A DNA stretch of 64,000 nucleotides from a virus (Duplodnaviria > Caudoviricetes), in the IMG/VR virus record IMGVR_UViG_2791354790_000006, positions 1-64,000 of that record; one strand, given 5' to 3'. Position numbers and translations under genes: made by a program. How positions within the stretch are numbered: position 1 is the stretch's first letter; each line of letters opens with the position of its first letter. Of this stretch, positions 37,461 to 47,415 are shown piece after piece. Below the pieces are notes generated by a model. That model had not been told where the DNA came from. It made no database searches and saw only the letters and a list, made by a program, of their open reading frames with translations.

Positions 37461-37569
37461 CCTCTCTCAGCGTTTCGATGTTAACCGGCTTGAGCAACTG
37501 CCCCTGCGGCAGTTGCTTATTCAGGTCAGGCAACTGAGGAAGCAATATGACAAACCGCCTAAGCACTGA
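37411..37569 (+). CDS. Frameshifted chaperone extension (-2/+1 frame)
   Basis: Open frame GGDMMPMAAALNLLLINLSQRFDVNRLEQLPLRQLL... beginning at the Mu-type slip site. Confidence 0.7.
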   Translation, partial: GGDMMPMAAALNLLLINLSQRFDVNRLEQLPLRQLLIQVRQLRKQYDKPPKH

Positions 37570-39469
37570 AATTCTGATTAACCTTGCCGGGAACCTGACG
37601 GCCAAAGCCCGCCAGTACGGCGCTAACATGAGCGAGTTTGCCAGCCGTAACCAGAAAGCAATGTCTGTTGTGAAGGCGGCGTCTGAATCTGCCGGACGTG
37701 GTCTGGATATGCTCAGTAATCGCTATACAACGATGATTGCCGGCCTTGCCAGCGGCGCAGCGCTGAGGGATTTTGCTAAAACAGACCGACAATTAACCGG
37801 GCTGGGTATTGCCGCCGGTAAAACTCGCGATGAGATGCGCAATATCTTTGATGGTATTCAGGATACCGCTATCAAATTCCGGGTCGATGACTCGGAGGTG
37901 CTGGCGGCGCTGGAGAATGTCAACAAAACGACCGGTGATCTGGATTTTGGTATTCAGAATAAGGGCATGATAGCCGCTTCTATTGCTGCATCAGGCTCTC
38001 AGGGGGATTCGATTGGCGGGCTGTTTTCTCAGTTCCCCAAATTTGGTCTTCAGACTGAAAAGCAGACGCTTGCAGCTATGGACACGTTAAACCTTCTGGG
38101 AAAAGAAGGCGCATTTGAGCTGAAAGACATTGCAGAAAAAGGCGTCAGAGCCTTCTCTATGTACTCCGCTGCTGGAGGGAGTGGCGTTAAAGGAGTCAAA
38201 GACGTAGGTGTTGTACTGGAATCTGCCATTGATGCCACAGGCAACCGTGATACAGCAGCCACGGCGACTGAAAACCTTATTCGTGATCTGCAGTTGCCAA
38301 AGGTTGTTGACACTCTCAAGAAGAAAGCAGGAATTAACGTATATGGCAAAGATGGAAAAATGCGTTCTCTTCCAGAAATTCTGGCTGAAGTAGCGAAATC
38401 ATCTGGTAGCAAAGGATCGAAAGAGCAGAATAAAAGACTCCTGGAAGCCGGTTTTAACCAGGACAGTATTTTACTTATCAGCAGTGCCACTTCTGGTAAA
38501 GGCGCGGAAAACCTCAAGCGATACCAGTCAGTTGTCGGAGACGGTACAGGCATCATGAAAGATGCTGAATATGCGGCGAAAGATTTTACTTCGGCGCTGA
38601 CCAGCCTGAATGTTACCTGGAAGAAATTTTCTAACAGCAATCTTGCCGGACCGGTACAGGAACTGGCTGATGCCATCAATTCAGTAGATCAAAAGACGGT
38701 TCAGAACTGGCTTGAAGTCGGCAAGAAAATTGCCATTGCGACTGCCGGAGTCATTGCAGCACGCAAAGCATTTAAAATCGGTAAAGGTGCATGGGATTTT
38801 CTCCAGCCAGAGAAAGGCGGAAAAGGTATCCCTAAAGGCGTCTCCGATGTTTTTGGTTCCGGAGTTATGCCCGTTTATGTTGTGAACATGGGCAAAGGTG
38901 GGATGGGTGGTCCTGGTGATTTAATCCCCGATGGACCTGATGGAAAAAATCCCCGGAAACCTAATAGTCCCAGACGTCTTGGCAGCCCACAGGGAATGGT
39001 CGGCCTGACCATGCTGGCGTCAACTATTCCATATCTTTATGAAGAACCATCACTGAGCAGTGATGACAAAGCTGGCATGGTTCAGTGGGCAAAGGATCGT
39101 GCTAAACGCAAAGCGAATGAGAAACCGGTTATTGACCCACGCCCGTGGGCATCGATGACACCGGCAACGCCGTTTATCCCTGCGTCTGAAAATTCCCCGG
39201 CAGAGAGGTCGCGCCCTGAAACGAGTGACCATTCTTTGTTTGGTGTCATCGTTGATTTTCTGCGTGGCACCAACGCCGCAATTGAAAACAAAAACGCGTT
39301 TGATAAACCTGTTCAGCCACCTGCATTACCCACAACCCTACAGAAAATGCAGGGCGAAATCCGCGTGATCCTTGAAGGGGGCGGTGGCCGTGTTAAAAGC
39401 GTCACTATGAACCAGCCGGGTATCAAACTTAGTGCGTCTGCTGGCGTGTCCAGCGTGGAGCAAGGCTGA
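37547..39469 (+). CDS. Tail tape measure protein
   Basis: GKEGAFELKD and VMPVYVVNM motifs; position. Confidence 0.88.
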   Translation: MTNRLSTEILINLAGNLTAKARQYGANMSEFASRNQKAMSVVKAASESAGRGLDMLSNRYTTMIAGLASGAALRDFAKTDRQLTGLGIAAGKTRDEMRNIFDGIQDTAIKFRVDDSEVLAALENVNKTTGDLDFGIQNKGMIAASIAASGSQGDSIGGLFSQFPKFGLQTEKQTLAAMDTLNLLGKEGAFELKDIAEKGVRAFSMYSAAGGSGVKGVKDVGVVLESAIDATGNRDTAATATENLIRDLQLPKVVDTLKKKAGINVYGKDGKMRSLPEILAEVAKSSGSKGSKEQNKRLLEAGFNQDSILLISSATSGKGAENLKRYQSVVGDGTGIMKDAEYAAKDFTSALTSLNVTWKKFSNSNLAGPVQELADAINSVDQKTVQNWLEVGKKIAIATAGVIAARKAFKIGKGAWDFLQPEKGGKGIPKGVSDVFGSGVMPVYVVNMGKGGMGGPGDLIPDGPDGKNPRKPNSPRRLGSPQGMVGLTMLASTIPYLYEEPSLSSDDKAGMVQWAKDRAKRKANEKPVIDPRPWASMTPATPFIPASENSPAERSRPETSDHSLFGVIVDFLRGTNAAIENKNAFDKPVQPPALPTTLQKMQGEIRVILEGGGGRVKSVTMNQPGIKLSASAGVSSVEQG

Positions 39470-40800
39470 TGGTTGCTACCCGATGGGAAGACCTGCGCGA
39501 TGCTTCGTTCCGGGGCGTCTCCTTCTATCTGGTCGATAACGAAGGCACCAGTGGCCGTCGGGCAATTCCCCGCGCCTACCCCAAAAAAGAAGTGGGCTGG
39601 ACCGAAGATAACGGTGCCGTTCTGACCCAACAGCAAATCAACGGCAAGCTGATTGGAAAGAACTACCAGAGCCAACTGGAGGCACTTCTCCGCGCACTGA
39701 ACACACCGGGACCCGGCGAACTTATCCATCCGTGGTTCGGCATTCAGAAGGTTCAGGTTGGCAAGGTAACACACCGTCTGAGCACTGAGGAAGGCGGCAT
39801 TGCCTACATCTCTTTTGAGGTATCTGAAGCGGGCGAACGTCTGTTTCCAGCACCGGCAGAAAATACCAGTCTGACGGTACTCAGCGCTGCGGATAAGGTC
39901 AAAGCTGCGCTGGCGAATGGCGATGTCTTTGCCCTGCTTGATGGTCTTGGCGAAATGGCCGATACGTGGATGGACGACATGGAGAATCTGGTGGTGGGTG
40001 TGTTGACGCTGCCCTCTGCGATTACTGAATGGACTGACCGTTTAGGGCGTTTTCGTGGGTTGATTGAGCTGGCTGTCGCGAAACCAGCCGGGTTTATCAA
40101 TGATGTTGTGGACCTTATCAGCGGTGTCCGTGAGACCGTAACTGAACCTCTGTGGTCAATGCGGGTTTATGATCAACTCCGCAACCGATGGCAGGGAGAT
40201 CAGTTTTCCGGCTCATCTTCTTCGCCGTGGCCGTCGCCGGTTTCACCAACAAATACAAGTGACCGCGCGACAGCCGCTGCACTTCACCAGTTGCCCAAAT
40301 ATATGTCAGTCACACCAGGTTCAGTGACTGACGGAAAGTATGGTTTTGCCAGCAGCCTTCCGGACGTTGTCCCTGAGCTGACCGATGCCATGCAGGACAA
40401 CATCACTCATTTCCGTCAGTTGATTGTCGTTGCCAGCCTGATTGGACAGGCAGAGACCGTTGCCAGCACTGAGTTCAGAAGCAGTGAGGAAGCCATAAGT
40501 TCGGGTGACACGCTGGCTGAGCAACTGAATGAACAGGCTGTGTACGCCGTAGAAAACGGTCAGCGGGATTTGTGGCATGCCCTGCGTGAGCTGCGCTTTG
40601 CCGTCGTCAATGACGTGCGGGTCAGGAGCGCTCAGCTACCACAGACACGAACGGTCATCCTGACCACAACATCCCCGGTATCCCTTATTGCATGGCGTGA
40701 AACCGGTAATACCGAGAACCGTGATGCCATCGCCTCAAGGAACCGATTGAAAGACCCGGCTTTCATTCTTCCGGGTAAACCTGTCGAGGTAACAGATTGA
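39469..40800 (+). CDS. DNA circularisation protein (Mu N)
   Basis: ASFRGVSF...GPGELIHPWFG. Confidence 0.92.
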   Translation: MVATRWEDLRDASFRGVSFYLVDNEGTSGRRAIPRAYPKKEVGWTEDNGAVLTQQQINGKLIGKNYQSQLEALLRALNTPGPGELIHPWFGIQKVQVGKVTHRLSTEEGGIAYISFEVSEAGERLFPAPAENTSLTVLSAADKVKAALANGDVFALLDGLGEMADTWMDDMENLVVGVLTLPSAITEWTDRLGRFRGLIELAVAKPAGFINDVVDLISGVRETVTEPLWSMRVYDQLRNRWQGDQFSGSSSSPWPSPVSPTNTSDRATAAALHQLPKYMSVTPGSVTDGKYGFASSLPDVVPELTDAMQDNITHFRQLIVVASLIGQAETVASTEFRSSEEAISSGDTLAEQLNEQAVYAVENGQRDLWHALRELRFAVVNDVRVRSAQLPQTRTVILTTTSPVSLIAWRETGNTENRDAIASRNRLKDPAFILPGKPVEVTD

Positions 40801-41891
40801 TGGAAATGGTTGTGCTTGAGGTTGACGGCCAGCAGTGGGACGGATGGACAGAGATGTCCATCACTTCCTCACTGGAGGCTGTTGCCGGCGAATTTGATCT
40901 CACTGTCACCACGCAATGGTCAGAAGCTTCACCGCGCGTGATTAAGCAGGGCATGCCCTGCATCGTCAGGCTGGGAAAAGATACGGTTCTGACGGGGTAT
41001 ATCGATGATTTCATTCCCAGCTATGACGCAGAAAACATGAGTATTCGCGTTATGGGGCGGGATAAAACCGGCGATCTCGTTGACAGCTCAGTGGTGCATA
41101 AATCCGGCCAGTGGAAAGGTGTTCGACTGGAGCAACTGGCAGTGGAAATCTGCAAACCCTATGGCATCAGTGTTATCAGTGAAACTGACACTGGTGAAAC
41201 CTTCGGTAGCGTGGTGCTTGAACAGGGAGAGACCGCCTTCGATCTTCTTGACCGCCTGGCTAAACAACGCGGCGTTCTGCTGACTGCTGATGGTCTGGGT
41301 AATCTGATCATCACCCGTGCATCAACAAAGCGTGCCGGCGTTCCTCTGATTTTCGGGACCAATATTCTTGCAGCCCGTGGCCGGTTCAGTTGGCGTGAGC
41401 GAAACAGCCAGTACATCGTGAAAGGCACATCCAGTGCGGGTGGGAGTACGTGGGATGATCAGCCTGTCAAAGTGATTGGAGGACGTCAGACCATCGTTGA
41501 TGACGGTGATATCAACCGTTACCGCCCGAAAATCCTGGTCAATGAAGACAGCCTGACCGTCGGCGGCGCAAGTACACGCGGTGAATGGTACAAAGCGCGG
41601 ATGATGGGCGAAGCCAACAGCACCGAAATTACACTGGCAGGATGGCGCGAGAATGGCGATGAAGGTCCGTTATGGCAGAAAAACAGGCTCGTTGATATTG
41701 ATGACCCGATACAGAACCTGAAGGACTCATGGCTGATTAAAACCGTCACGTTTACTGAAGGTGATAACGGACGTCTCTGCGTTCTGACGCTGGTTCCCCC
41801 TGAGTCGATGGATATGCCTGAAACCAGTACGAAAAAAGCAGGCAAGAAAGGCAATAAATCAAAGGCAAAAACGGTGGCAACATGGGACTGA
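40797..41891 (+). CDS. Baseplate hub (Mu P/gp44)
   Basis: TGYIDD...GRDKTGDLVDSS...GTNIL. Confidence 0.9.
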   Translation: MMEMVVLEVDGQQWDGWTEMSITSSLEAVAGEFDLTVTTQWSEASPRVIKQGMPCIVRLGKDTVLTGYIDDFIPSYDAENMSIRVMGRDKTGDLVDSSVVHKSGQWKGVRLEQLAVEICKPYGISVISETDTGETFGSVVLEQGETAFDLLDRLAKQRGVLLTADGLGNLIITRASTKRAGVPLIFGTNILAARGRFSWRERNSQYIVKGTSSAGGSTWDDQPVKVIGGRQTIVDDGDINRYRPKILVNEDSLTVGGASTRGEWYKARMMGEANSTEITLAGWRENGDEGPLWQKNRLVDIDDPIQNLKDSWLIKTVTFTEGDNGRLCVLTLVPPESMDMPETSTKKAGKKGNKSKAKTVATWD

Positions 41892-42424
41892 ATCCGGCAA
41901 ATATCGGTCGCACACTTGAAGGTATTGGACGCCGGCTACGGCTGCTCGTTGACAGGGCCGTTGTTCGTATCGTTACAGACAGTCTCGGGCGTCAGAACCT
42001 TCAAATTCAGTCTCTGGCGGATTCCACCAATGATGATGTTGAACGTTTCCAGAATTACGGCCTGACGTCTGTGCCGCCAGTCGGTTCAGAAGCACTCATT
42101 CTGGCTGTGGGGGGACGCCGGGAAGGTCTGGTGGCAATCGCTGTAGAAGACAAGCGCTGCCGTCCAAAAGGTCTGGAGGATGGAGAGGTCAGGTTATATC
42201 ACGGCGATGGTCAGTCTTATATCACCCTGAAAAAAGGTGGTCTTATCGAAGTTAAAGGGAAATCGGTTAATTACGATGCCAGCGAATTGTTTGCGATAAA
42301 TACAAAATTATTAAAAGTTAACGGCCCATCTGTATTTTCAAAGGATATTCAGGTCGCCGGTAAATCTGTTCTTGAGCATTTCCATATTGACGGGGATAGC
42401 AAAAAAACATCGGAGATGAAATGA
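41882..42424 (+). CDS. Baseplate spike (Mu gp45)
   Basis: QNYGLTSVPP...GEVRLY...C-terminal HxH. Confidence 0.9.
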   Translation: MGLNPANIGRTLEGIGRRLRLLVDRAVVRIVTDSLGRQNLQIQSLADSTNDDVERFQNYGLTSVPPVGSEALILAVGGRREGLVAIAVEDKRCRPKGLEDGEVRLYHGDGQSYITLKKGGLIEVKGKSVNYDASELFAINTKLLKVNGPSVFSKDIQVAGKSVLEHFHIDGDSKKTSEMK

Positions 42425-42873
42425 CAATTGGTATCAGCTGGAATAATCAGCTATCCAGAGGTGAACTGACAATTAACCATGATGGTTTATCGCGTGATGA
42501 AGGACTGGTCACTTTGGTTCTGATTTGTCTTTTCACCGACGTCCGTGCTGATACTGATGACATTATTCCTGATAACTCATCGGACCCGAGAGGCTGGCCC
42601 GGCGACACATTTAGTGATTATCCGTGGGGATCGAAACTCTGGTTGCTGGATCGCGAGAAGCTGACGGAATCCGTCAGAATGCGGGTGGAAGATTATGCAC
42701 TGCTTTCTATGCAACCGCTTTTACGTTCTGGTTATGCGCGTAATGCAGCAGTCACAGCCACTATAAGCGGCAATGACCGAATTAATTTTATTGTCATTCT
42801 AACCCGCCCGGATAAAACGACGCTCCGGATTGAAATAAGTAAACGCTGGGAGTCCACTGCTAATGCCTTATAA
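42421..42873 (+). CDS. Baseplate protein (Mu gp46)
   Basis: LFTD.RA...RGWPGD...GSKLWLL.REK. Confidence 0.9.
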   Translation: MTIGISWNNQLSRGELTINHDGLSRDEGLVTLVLICLFTDVRADTDDIIPDNSSDPRGWPGDTFSDYPWGSKLWLLDREKLTESVRMRVEDYALLSMQPLLRSGYARNAAVTATISGNDRINFIVILTRPDKTTLRIEISKRWESTANAL

Positions 42874-43939
42874 CGTTCCCGCGCTGCGCAAGCTTATTAC
42901 TGACGGCGAAAAAGATATTGCCTTTGAACTGGGGCTGCAAAAACTTCCGCCAGTAGGCGTTGAGAAAGCTCTAAATACCTCATTCAGCAATCAGATTCGT
43001 GATTTATACGACCATCAGAGCTGGATTAAAGACCAGATTATTCCGTCTGTTAAATCTGATGATGAAACCATCATTGAGACTGCGGCCAGCGAAGGCGTCA
43101 TCAGAAAACAGGCCACGTTTGCTACGGGGCCAGCGGTATTTAAAGGGAATACACCGCTTCCGGAAGATATGGAGATGCAAACCGCTACCGGTATTGTTTA
43201 TGCCGTGACGACTTCCGGCGTTCCTGTAGATGGGGTCATGACTGTAACCATTCAGGCCAGCGATGCCGGCGCGTCAGGAAACCTTCCGGAAGGTGAAAGC
43301 CTGACCTTGCTGTCCCCCGTTCCCGGCGTGGAAAGTATTGGTTTAACGGGTACGGGGGGCATCATCGGTGGTGCGGATATTGAGCCAGTTCCTGAATTGC
43401 TTGACCGGCTTTTATTCCGTAAACGCAATCCCCCCGTTGGTGGGGCTGTGCATGACTATGTCATCTGGGCGCGAGAAATGGCTGGTGTCAGTCGGGCGTG
43501 GGCATTTGATGCCTGGCATGGCCCCTGCACAATCGGACTGGCATGGGTTTATGACGATCGTTCAGTGATTACCCCCGGATATCAGGACCGGAAAAATATG
43601 GAAGATTACCTTTTCCGTCATACCGACCCGGCGACTGGCGTATGGGTTGGTAAACCTGGAGGAATAGAAGTCTGGCCCGTGGAACTGGTGCTCCGTCCCG
43701 TCAATATGATTATTGGCATAACACCGGATACGCCGGCCACGCGTAAAGCTGTCCAGTCCCGCCTGTTGACGCTTCAGAAGACGCTGCAACCAGGACAAAC
43801 GCTGCCCATTTCAGCGATTCGTACTGCTATCGGCACCGCATCTGGCGTGACGGATTACTCGCTGAATCTGACCGCTGACATTCCATGTGCACAGAATGAA
43901 CTTATCACTATCGGAGTGCTGACATGGCCCACAGTGTAG
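42863..43939 (+). CDS. Baseplate J-like protein (Mu gp47)
   Basis: GGADIE...PPVGGAVHDYVIWA. Confidence 0.9.
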   Translation: MPYNVPALRKLITDGEKDIAFELGLQKLPPVGVEKALNTSFSNQIRDLYDHQSWIKDQIIPSVKSDDETIIETAASEGVIRKQATFATGPAVFKGNTPLPEDMEMQTATGIVYAVTTSGVPVDGVMTVTIQASDAGASGNLPEGESLTLLSPVPGVESIGLTGTGGIIGGADIEPVPELLDRLLFRKRNPPVGGAVHDYVIWAREMAGVSRAWAFDAWHGPCTIGLAWVYDDRSVITPGYQDRKNMEDYLFRHTDPATGVWVGKPGGIEVWPVELVLRPVNMIIGITPDTPATRKAVQSRLLTLQKTLQPGQTLPISAIRTAIGTASGVTDYSLNLTADIPCAQNELITIGVLTWPTV

Positions 43940-44514
43940 ATGAATGGCTGGGCGCTTTATGGCAGGTCATGCCACGTGGCAAAGCGTGGTCACGCGATGA
44001 GGATGGTGATTTAAACCGTTTTTTACGGGCGTTAGCCAGACGTTTAAGTCAGACGGAATTTGATGCAGAAAACCTGCTACCAGAGATGCGGCCAGAAACA
44101 ACATTTATGCTGCTGGAAGAATGGGAGGAATACCTTGAACTGCCGGAGTGTGGGCAGCTAAGCGGTACTGTAGAAGACCGGCGTCGTGCTGTCGTGGAGA
44201 AGTATCACCGCAAAGGTGGCCTTTCCCCGTGGCAGATTGAAGCGGTGGCTGCTGCGCTTGGATTTACTATACGGGTTACTGTCATTCTCCCTCACCACTG
44301 CATGCGTAGCTGCATGCATCCCCTTTATTCAGCCCGTTATCGCTGGACGTTAAAGATTGATGTGATTGGTATCAGCGGCGGACGTTTTACCTGTATCGAT
44401 AACGTCATGACACCGCTTCTGAGCGAACGGGCAAGAGAACTGGAGTGTGTGCTGACGAAATACCGTCTGGGCGGCACAGCATACGAATATTTTTATTCTT
44501 CAGGAGATAACTGA
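43924..44514 (+). CDS. Baseplate protein (Mu gp48/YmfQ/DUF2313)
   Basis: MPRGKAW...LEEWEEYLELP...LEC. Confidence 0.88.
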   Translation: MAHSVDEWLGALWQVMPRGKAWSRDEDGDLNRFLRALARRLSQTEFDAENLLPEMRPETTFMLLEEWEEYLELPECGQLSGTVEDRRRAVVEKYHRKGGLSPWQIEAVAAALGFTIRVTVILPHHCMRSCMHPLYSARYRWTLKIDVIGISGGRFTCIDNVMTPLLSERARELECVLTKYRLGGTAYEYFYSSGDN

Positions 44515-45296
44515 TGTATCACGTAGATAATTCGACCGGTATTCCGGTTATGCCACAACCGTCTCCTGTCACCAGTGAGACAGAGCTTTTCTTTACTGAA
44601 GGTGGTAATGGAGTTCCTCCGACGTACCCCGGCCCGGACTGGTTTAATACCATTCAAAGTGAGCTGCTTAATATTCTCAGGTCCGCTGGGCTTGATCCTG
44701 ACAAAATGGACAACACGCAGATTCTGGCCGCTCTCAAAAAACTGTTTCTGAGTCGCTCCAATCCATTTGGCGACATTAAAGCTGATGGTGCGGCAGCAAT
44801 CGCGACGGCTCTCTCAAACCTTGGTTTAGGGGAAGGCTCCGCGTTACCGGTTGGTGTTCCTGTTCCGTGGCCGTCAGCAACGCCGCCAGCAGGGTGGCTC
44901 AAGTGCAATGGTGCGGCTTTTACCGCGGCTCAATATCCTAAGCTGGCGCAGGCTTACCCTACGTTTATCCTGCCTGATTTGCGCGGTGAGTTTATCCGTG
45001 GCTGGGATGATGGGCGCGGTGTAGATGCTGGGCGTACTTTACTTTTTGCGCAAGGTAGCCAGAACCTTTCACATAGTCATGATGAAACCGCTGCTTATGG
45101 GGGCAACCCGGGCGGGGATGTATCAACAGATAGAAGCCGTTTTGCCAAAACATATTATACAGGTCTGAATGATCTGTATTCGAGGCCAGTTAATGGTTGG
45201 ACGGGGGCCATTTCAGACCTGTCAACGGCTGCGAGCGGTGGTGGTGAGTCTCGCCCACGCAATATTGCATTTAACTACATCGTGAGGGCCGCATAA
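44514..45296 (+). CDS. Tail fibre, currently expressed orientation (constant N-terminus plus collar-domain tip)
   Basis: PVGVPVPWP...LPDLRGEFIRGWD...RPRNIAFNYIVRAA. Confidence 0.92.
   Translation: MYHVDNSTGIPVMPQPSPVTSETELFFTEGGNGVPPTYPGPDWFNTIQSELLNILRSAGLDPDKMDNTQILAALKKLFLSRSNPFGDIKADGAAAIATALSNLGLGEGSALPVGVPVPWPSATPPAGWLKCNGAAFTAAQYPKLAQAYPTFILPDLRGEFIRGWDDGRGVDAGRTLLFAQGSQNLSHSHDETAAYGGNPGGDVSTDRSRFAKTYYTGLNDLYSRPVNGWTGAISDLSTAASGGGESRPRNIAFNYIVRAA
44809..44834 (+). repeat. gix/hix-like inversion site (left)
   Basis: CTCTCTCAAACC-TT-GGTTTAGGGGAA. Confidence 0.85.
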
Positions 45297-45895
45297 TGTC
45301 TCAGGCACAATTAAACAGCGAACTAATTGCCATCGTGGCTGGTGAAATCACCGTATTTAACTACGATGGCGAAACCAGAGAATATCTTTCCTCATCGGTT
45401 GAGTTTTTGCCCTTGGGGGTGGGGATTCCCGCCAATTCATGCGTTGATGCGCCAGGCAAAATCAAAAAGGGTTTTGCCATTTGCAGGGCAGCAGGTGGCA
45501 AAGTCTGGGAGTATGTAGCCGATCATCGGGGCGAGACGGTATACAGTACAAAGACAGGTGAACAAATCGTCATCACCGTGCCGGGGGCGTATCCGGAAGA
45601 TACCACCACGCTGGCCCCGTCCACACCATACGATAAGTGGAACGGTAGCCAGTGGATGACGGACTCAAAAGCGCAGCACGCTGCAGATGTGGCAGAAGCG
45701 GAACAGCAGAAAACTACGTTGCTGGCGGAGGCGACGGCGATTATCGCCCCGCTGGCAGATGCTCAGGCTGGAGGCTACATCGACGATGCTGATGTGTCAC
45801 GGCTGGCAGAATGGCAGCGGTACCGATACAAGCTGACGAAAGTCGATACCAGTACCGCGCCTGGCATTACCTTTCCACCGAAGCCGGAGGTGTAG
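45296..45895 (+). CDS. Tail fibre assembly protein (expressed)
   Basis: GIPANS...DHRGETVY...WQRYR...FPPKPE. Confidence 0.9.
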   Translation: MSQAQLNSELIAIVAGEITVFNYDGETREYLSSSVEFLPLGVGIPANSCVDAPGKIKKGFAICRAAGGKVWEYVADHRGETVYSTKTGEQIVITVPGAYPEDTTTLAPSTPYDKWNGSQWMTDSKAQHAADVAEAEQQKTTLLAEATAIIAPLADAQAGGYIDDADVSRLAEWQRYRYKLTKVDTSTAPGITFPPKPEV

Positions 45896-46319
45896 GCCAT
45901 TTGATATCTGGTGCTCTGATCGTGCCTACAGCTTCCAGTGCGTCCAGATAATCCAGCCACAGATTGTACTGTGCCAGCTCATCACCTTTCAGCCGACCTA
46001 TTGCCGCTTTTCCGGGCCACTGTTTTCCGCTAATAAACTCGTTGGCCTGAGCGATAAGCACCTGTCGGGCTTTTTCTGCTTCGGCAATGAGTTCCTCTTT
46101 GCTCTTTGAGGGCGCGTCAATCCAGCATGGCATACCGTTAGCATCGGAACGTCTTATTTTCCCCTCTGGCGGTATTCCTGAATATTCAAAGTACATTTCG
46201 TCACTTACACCAACAGGATCGGCAGGCCATGACGATGCCTTTTCATAATCCGCCTGCAAAGCAACAGGATAAAATAGATTACTTTTCGGGCTATAAGCGT
46301 AATTAAATGTTTTATCCAT
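45867..46319 (-). CDS. Alternative tail fibre assembly protein (silent orientation)
   Basis: Probable start MDKTFNYAYSP; WLDYLDAL...DIKWPTPP. Confidence 0.85.
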   Translation of the reverse strand: MDKTFNYAYSPKSNLFYPVALQADYEKASSWPADPVGVSDEMYFEYSGIPPEGKIRRSDANGMPCWIDAPSKSKEELIAEAEKARQVLIAQANEFISGKQWPGKAAIGRLKGDELAQYNLWLDYLDALEAVGTIRAPDIKWPTPPASVER

Positions 46320-46323
46320 AGTT

Positions 46324-46682
46324 TTATTTCCCGTATGCGATAAATCCATAATCGGCAATTGCTGTTGTCATTGATGAGTTATAAAGCGTGATCTGGTTTT
46401 TCCCGCTCCATTTAATCCCCACGCTAGCAGTAAAACCGGGAGCCAGTGCGCCCGTATAAGGCACTACTGCAAGAATGCCAGAGGGGAACGGGAAAGGAAG
46501 TTCAATCACTTTTGTCTCACCTGCTACCATTCCGCCTGTATTGCCTCCAACCCATTGCCGGATTAAACCAGAAGGCTCTTTTGCGTAGCCACTTAGGGCT
46601 AACTGAGCGTCAAACGCTGACATATCCGGTATCTGGTTCGCGCCAGTGCCCACGTCCCGTTTTGCGGCTTCTTTCAAACCAA
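46324..46682 (-). CDS. Alternative tail fibre C-terminal cassette (no start; fused on inversion)
   Basis: GLKEAAKRDVGTGANQIPDMS...LIRQW...PFPFP begins at the crossover, in frame with the constant part. Confidence 0.85.
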
Positions 46683-46694
46683 CGTTTTCCGGAA
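46669..46694 (-). repeat. gix/hix-like inversion site (right)
   Basis: Minus strand TTCCGGAAAACG-TT-GGTTTGAAAGAA, inverted relative to the left site. Confidence 0.85.
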
Positions 46695-46802
46695 CACACC
46701 ACCACTTCTGACTATGTTGGCCATTTTCTGCAGTACAGCCAGAAATGACGTTGCTCGATACAATGCGGGCCAATAATGCGTTTACAGGTGGGGTGATTTT
46801 CT

Positions 46803-47357
46803 ATACTGATTGGATATGTACGGGTATCAACAAATGACCAGAACCTTGAATTACAACTTGACGCGCTTAACAGGTTAGATTGCGACCAGATATTTGAGGA
46901 TAAAATATCCGGTGCGAAATCGAAAAGACCTGGTCTGGACAAGATGATGAAGAAGTTACGCCCTGGGGACACCGTTGTTGTCTGGAAGTTAGATAGGTTA
47001 GGTCGTTCTCTAATCCATCTTGTGGATTTGCTACGTTATTTCCGTGAGAACAACATTGAATTTATCTCCGTTACAGAGGGGATAAGAATTAGCACCTCAA
47101 TTGGGCGCTTCGCTTATACGATGCTGAGCGCAGCAGCCGAGATGGAAAGGGAAAACATAATAGAGCGAACACGAGCTGGATTGGCTGTTGCAAGGGCAAA
47201 AGGACGAATAGGTGGACGAAGACCAAAGTTGACGCCTGAGCAATGGGCGCAGGCTGGAAGACTATTGGCCGCAGGGGAAACGCGGCAGCGGGTAGCAATC
47301 ATCTATGATGTTGGAATTTCTACTCTGTACAAAAAATTTCCAGCGGCTGACATATAA
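46803..47357 (+). CDS. Gin/Pin-family serine DNA invertase with non-canonical (ATA) start
   Basis: Frame reads ILIGYVRVSTNDQN... from ATA 46803 into the tracked ORF (VWKLDRLGRS, GGRRP, HTH); in-frame TGA at 46794. Confidence 0.88.
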   Translation: MLIGYVRVSTNDQNLELQLDALNRLDCDQIFEDKISGAKSKRPGLDKMMKKLRPGDTVVVWKLDRLGRSLIHLVDLLRYFRENNIEFISVTEGIRISTSIGRFAYTMLSAAAEMERENIIERTRAGLAVARAKGRIGGRRPKLTPEQWAQAGRLLAAGETRQRVAIIYDVGISTLYKKFPAADI

Positions 47358-47415
47358 ATCACGATCACACAGGCGATCCAATGTTATTTGTCAATGTGTC
47401 GCGATTTGATTGGCG
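47348..47415. repeat. Right-end putative transposase binding sites R3/R2/R1
   Basis: TGACA-N10-GATC at 47348-47366 (+) and 47393-47375 (-); degenerate CGCCA-N10-GACA at 47415-47397 (-). Confidence 0.75.

Noticed and set aside
44514-46694. Diversity-generating retroelement acting on tail fibres
   Set aside because: No reverse transcriptase or TR/VR pair; variation is explained by inversion
46324-46773. 149-aa ORF as a standalone gene
   Set aside because: Its first ~30 residues lie outside the crossover site; it is a silent fibre cassette
46944-47357. 137-aa invertase as called by the ORF track
   Set aside because: Lacks the catalytic Ser motif, which is encoded in frame upstream from 46803
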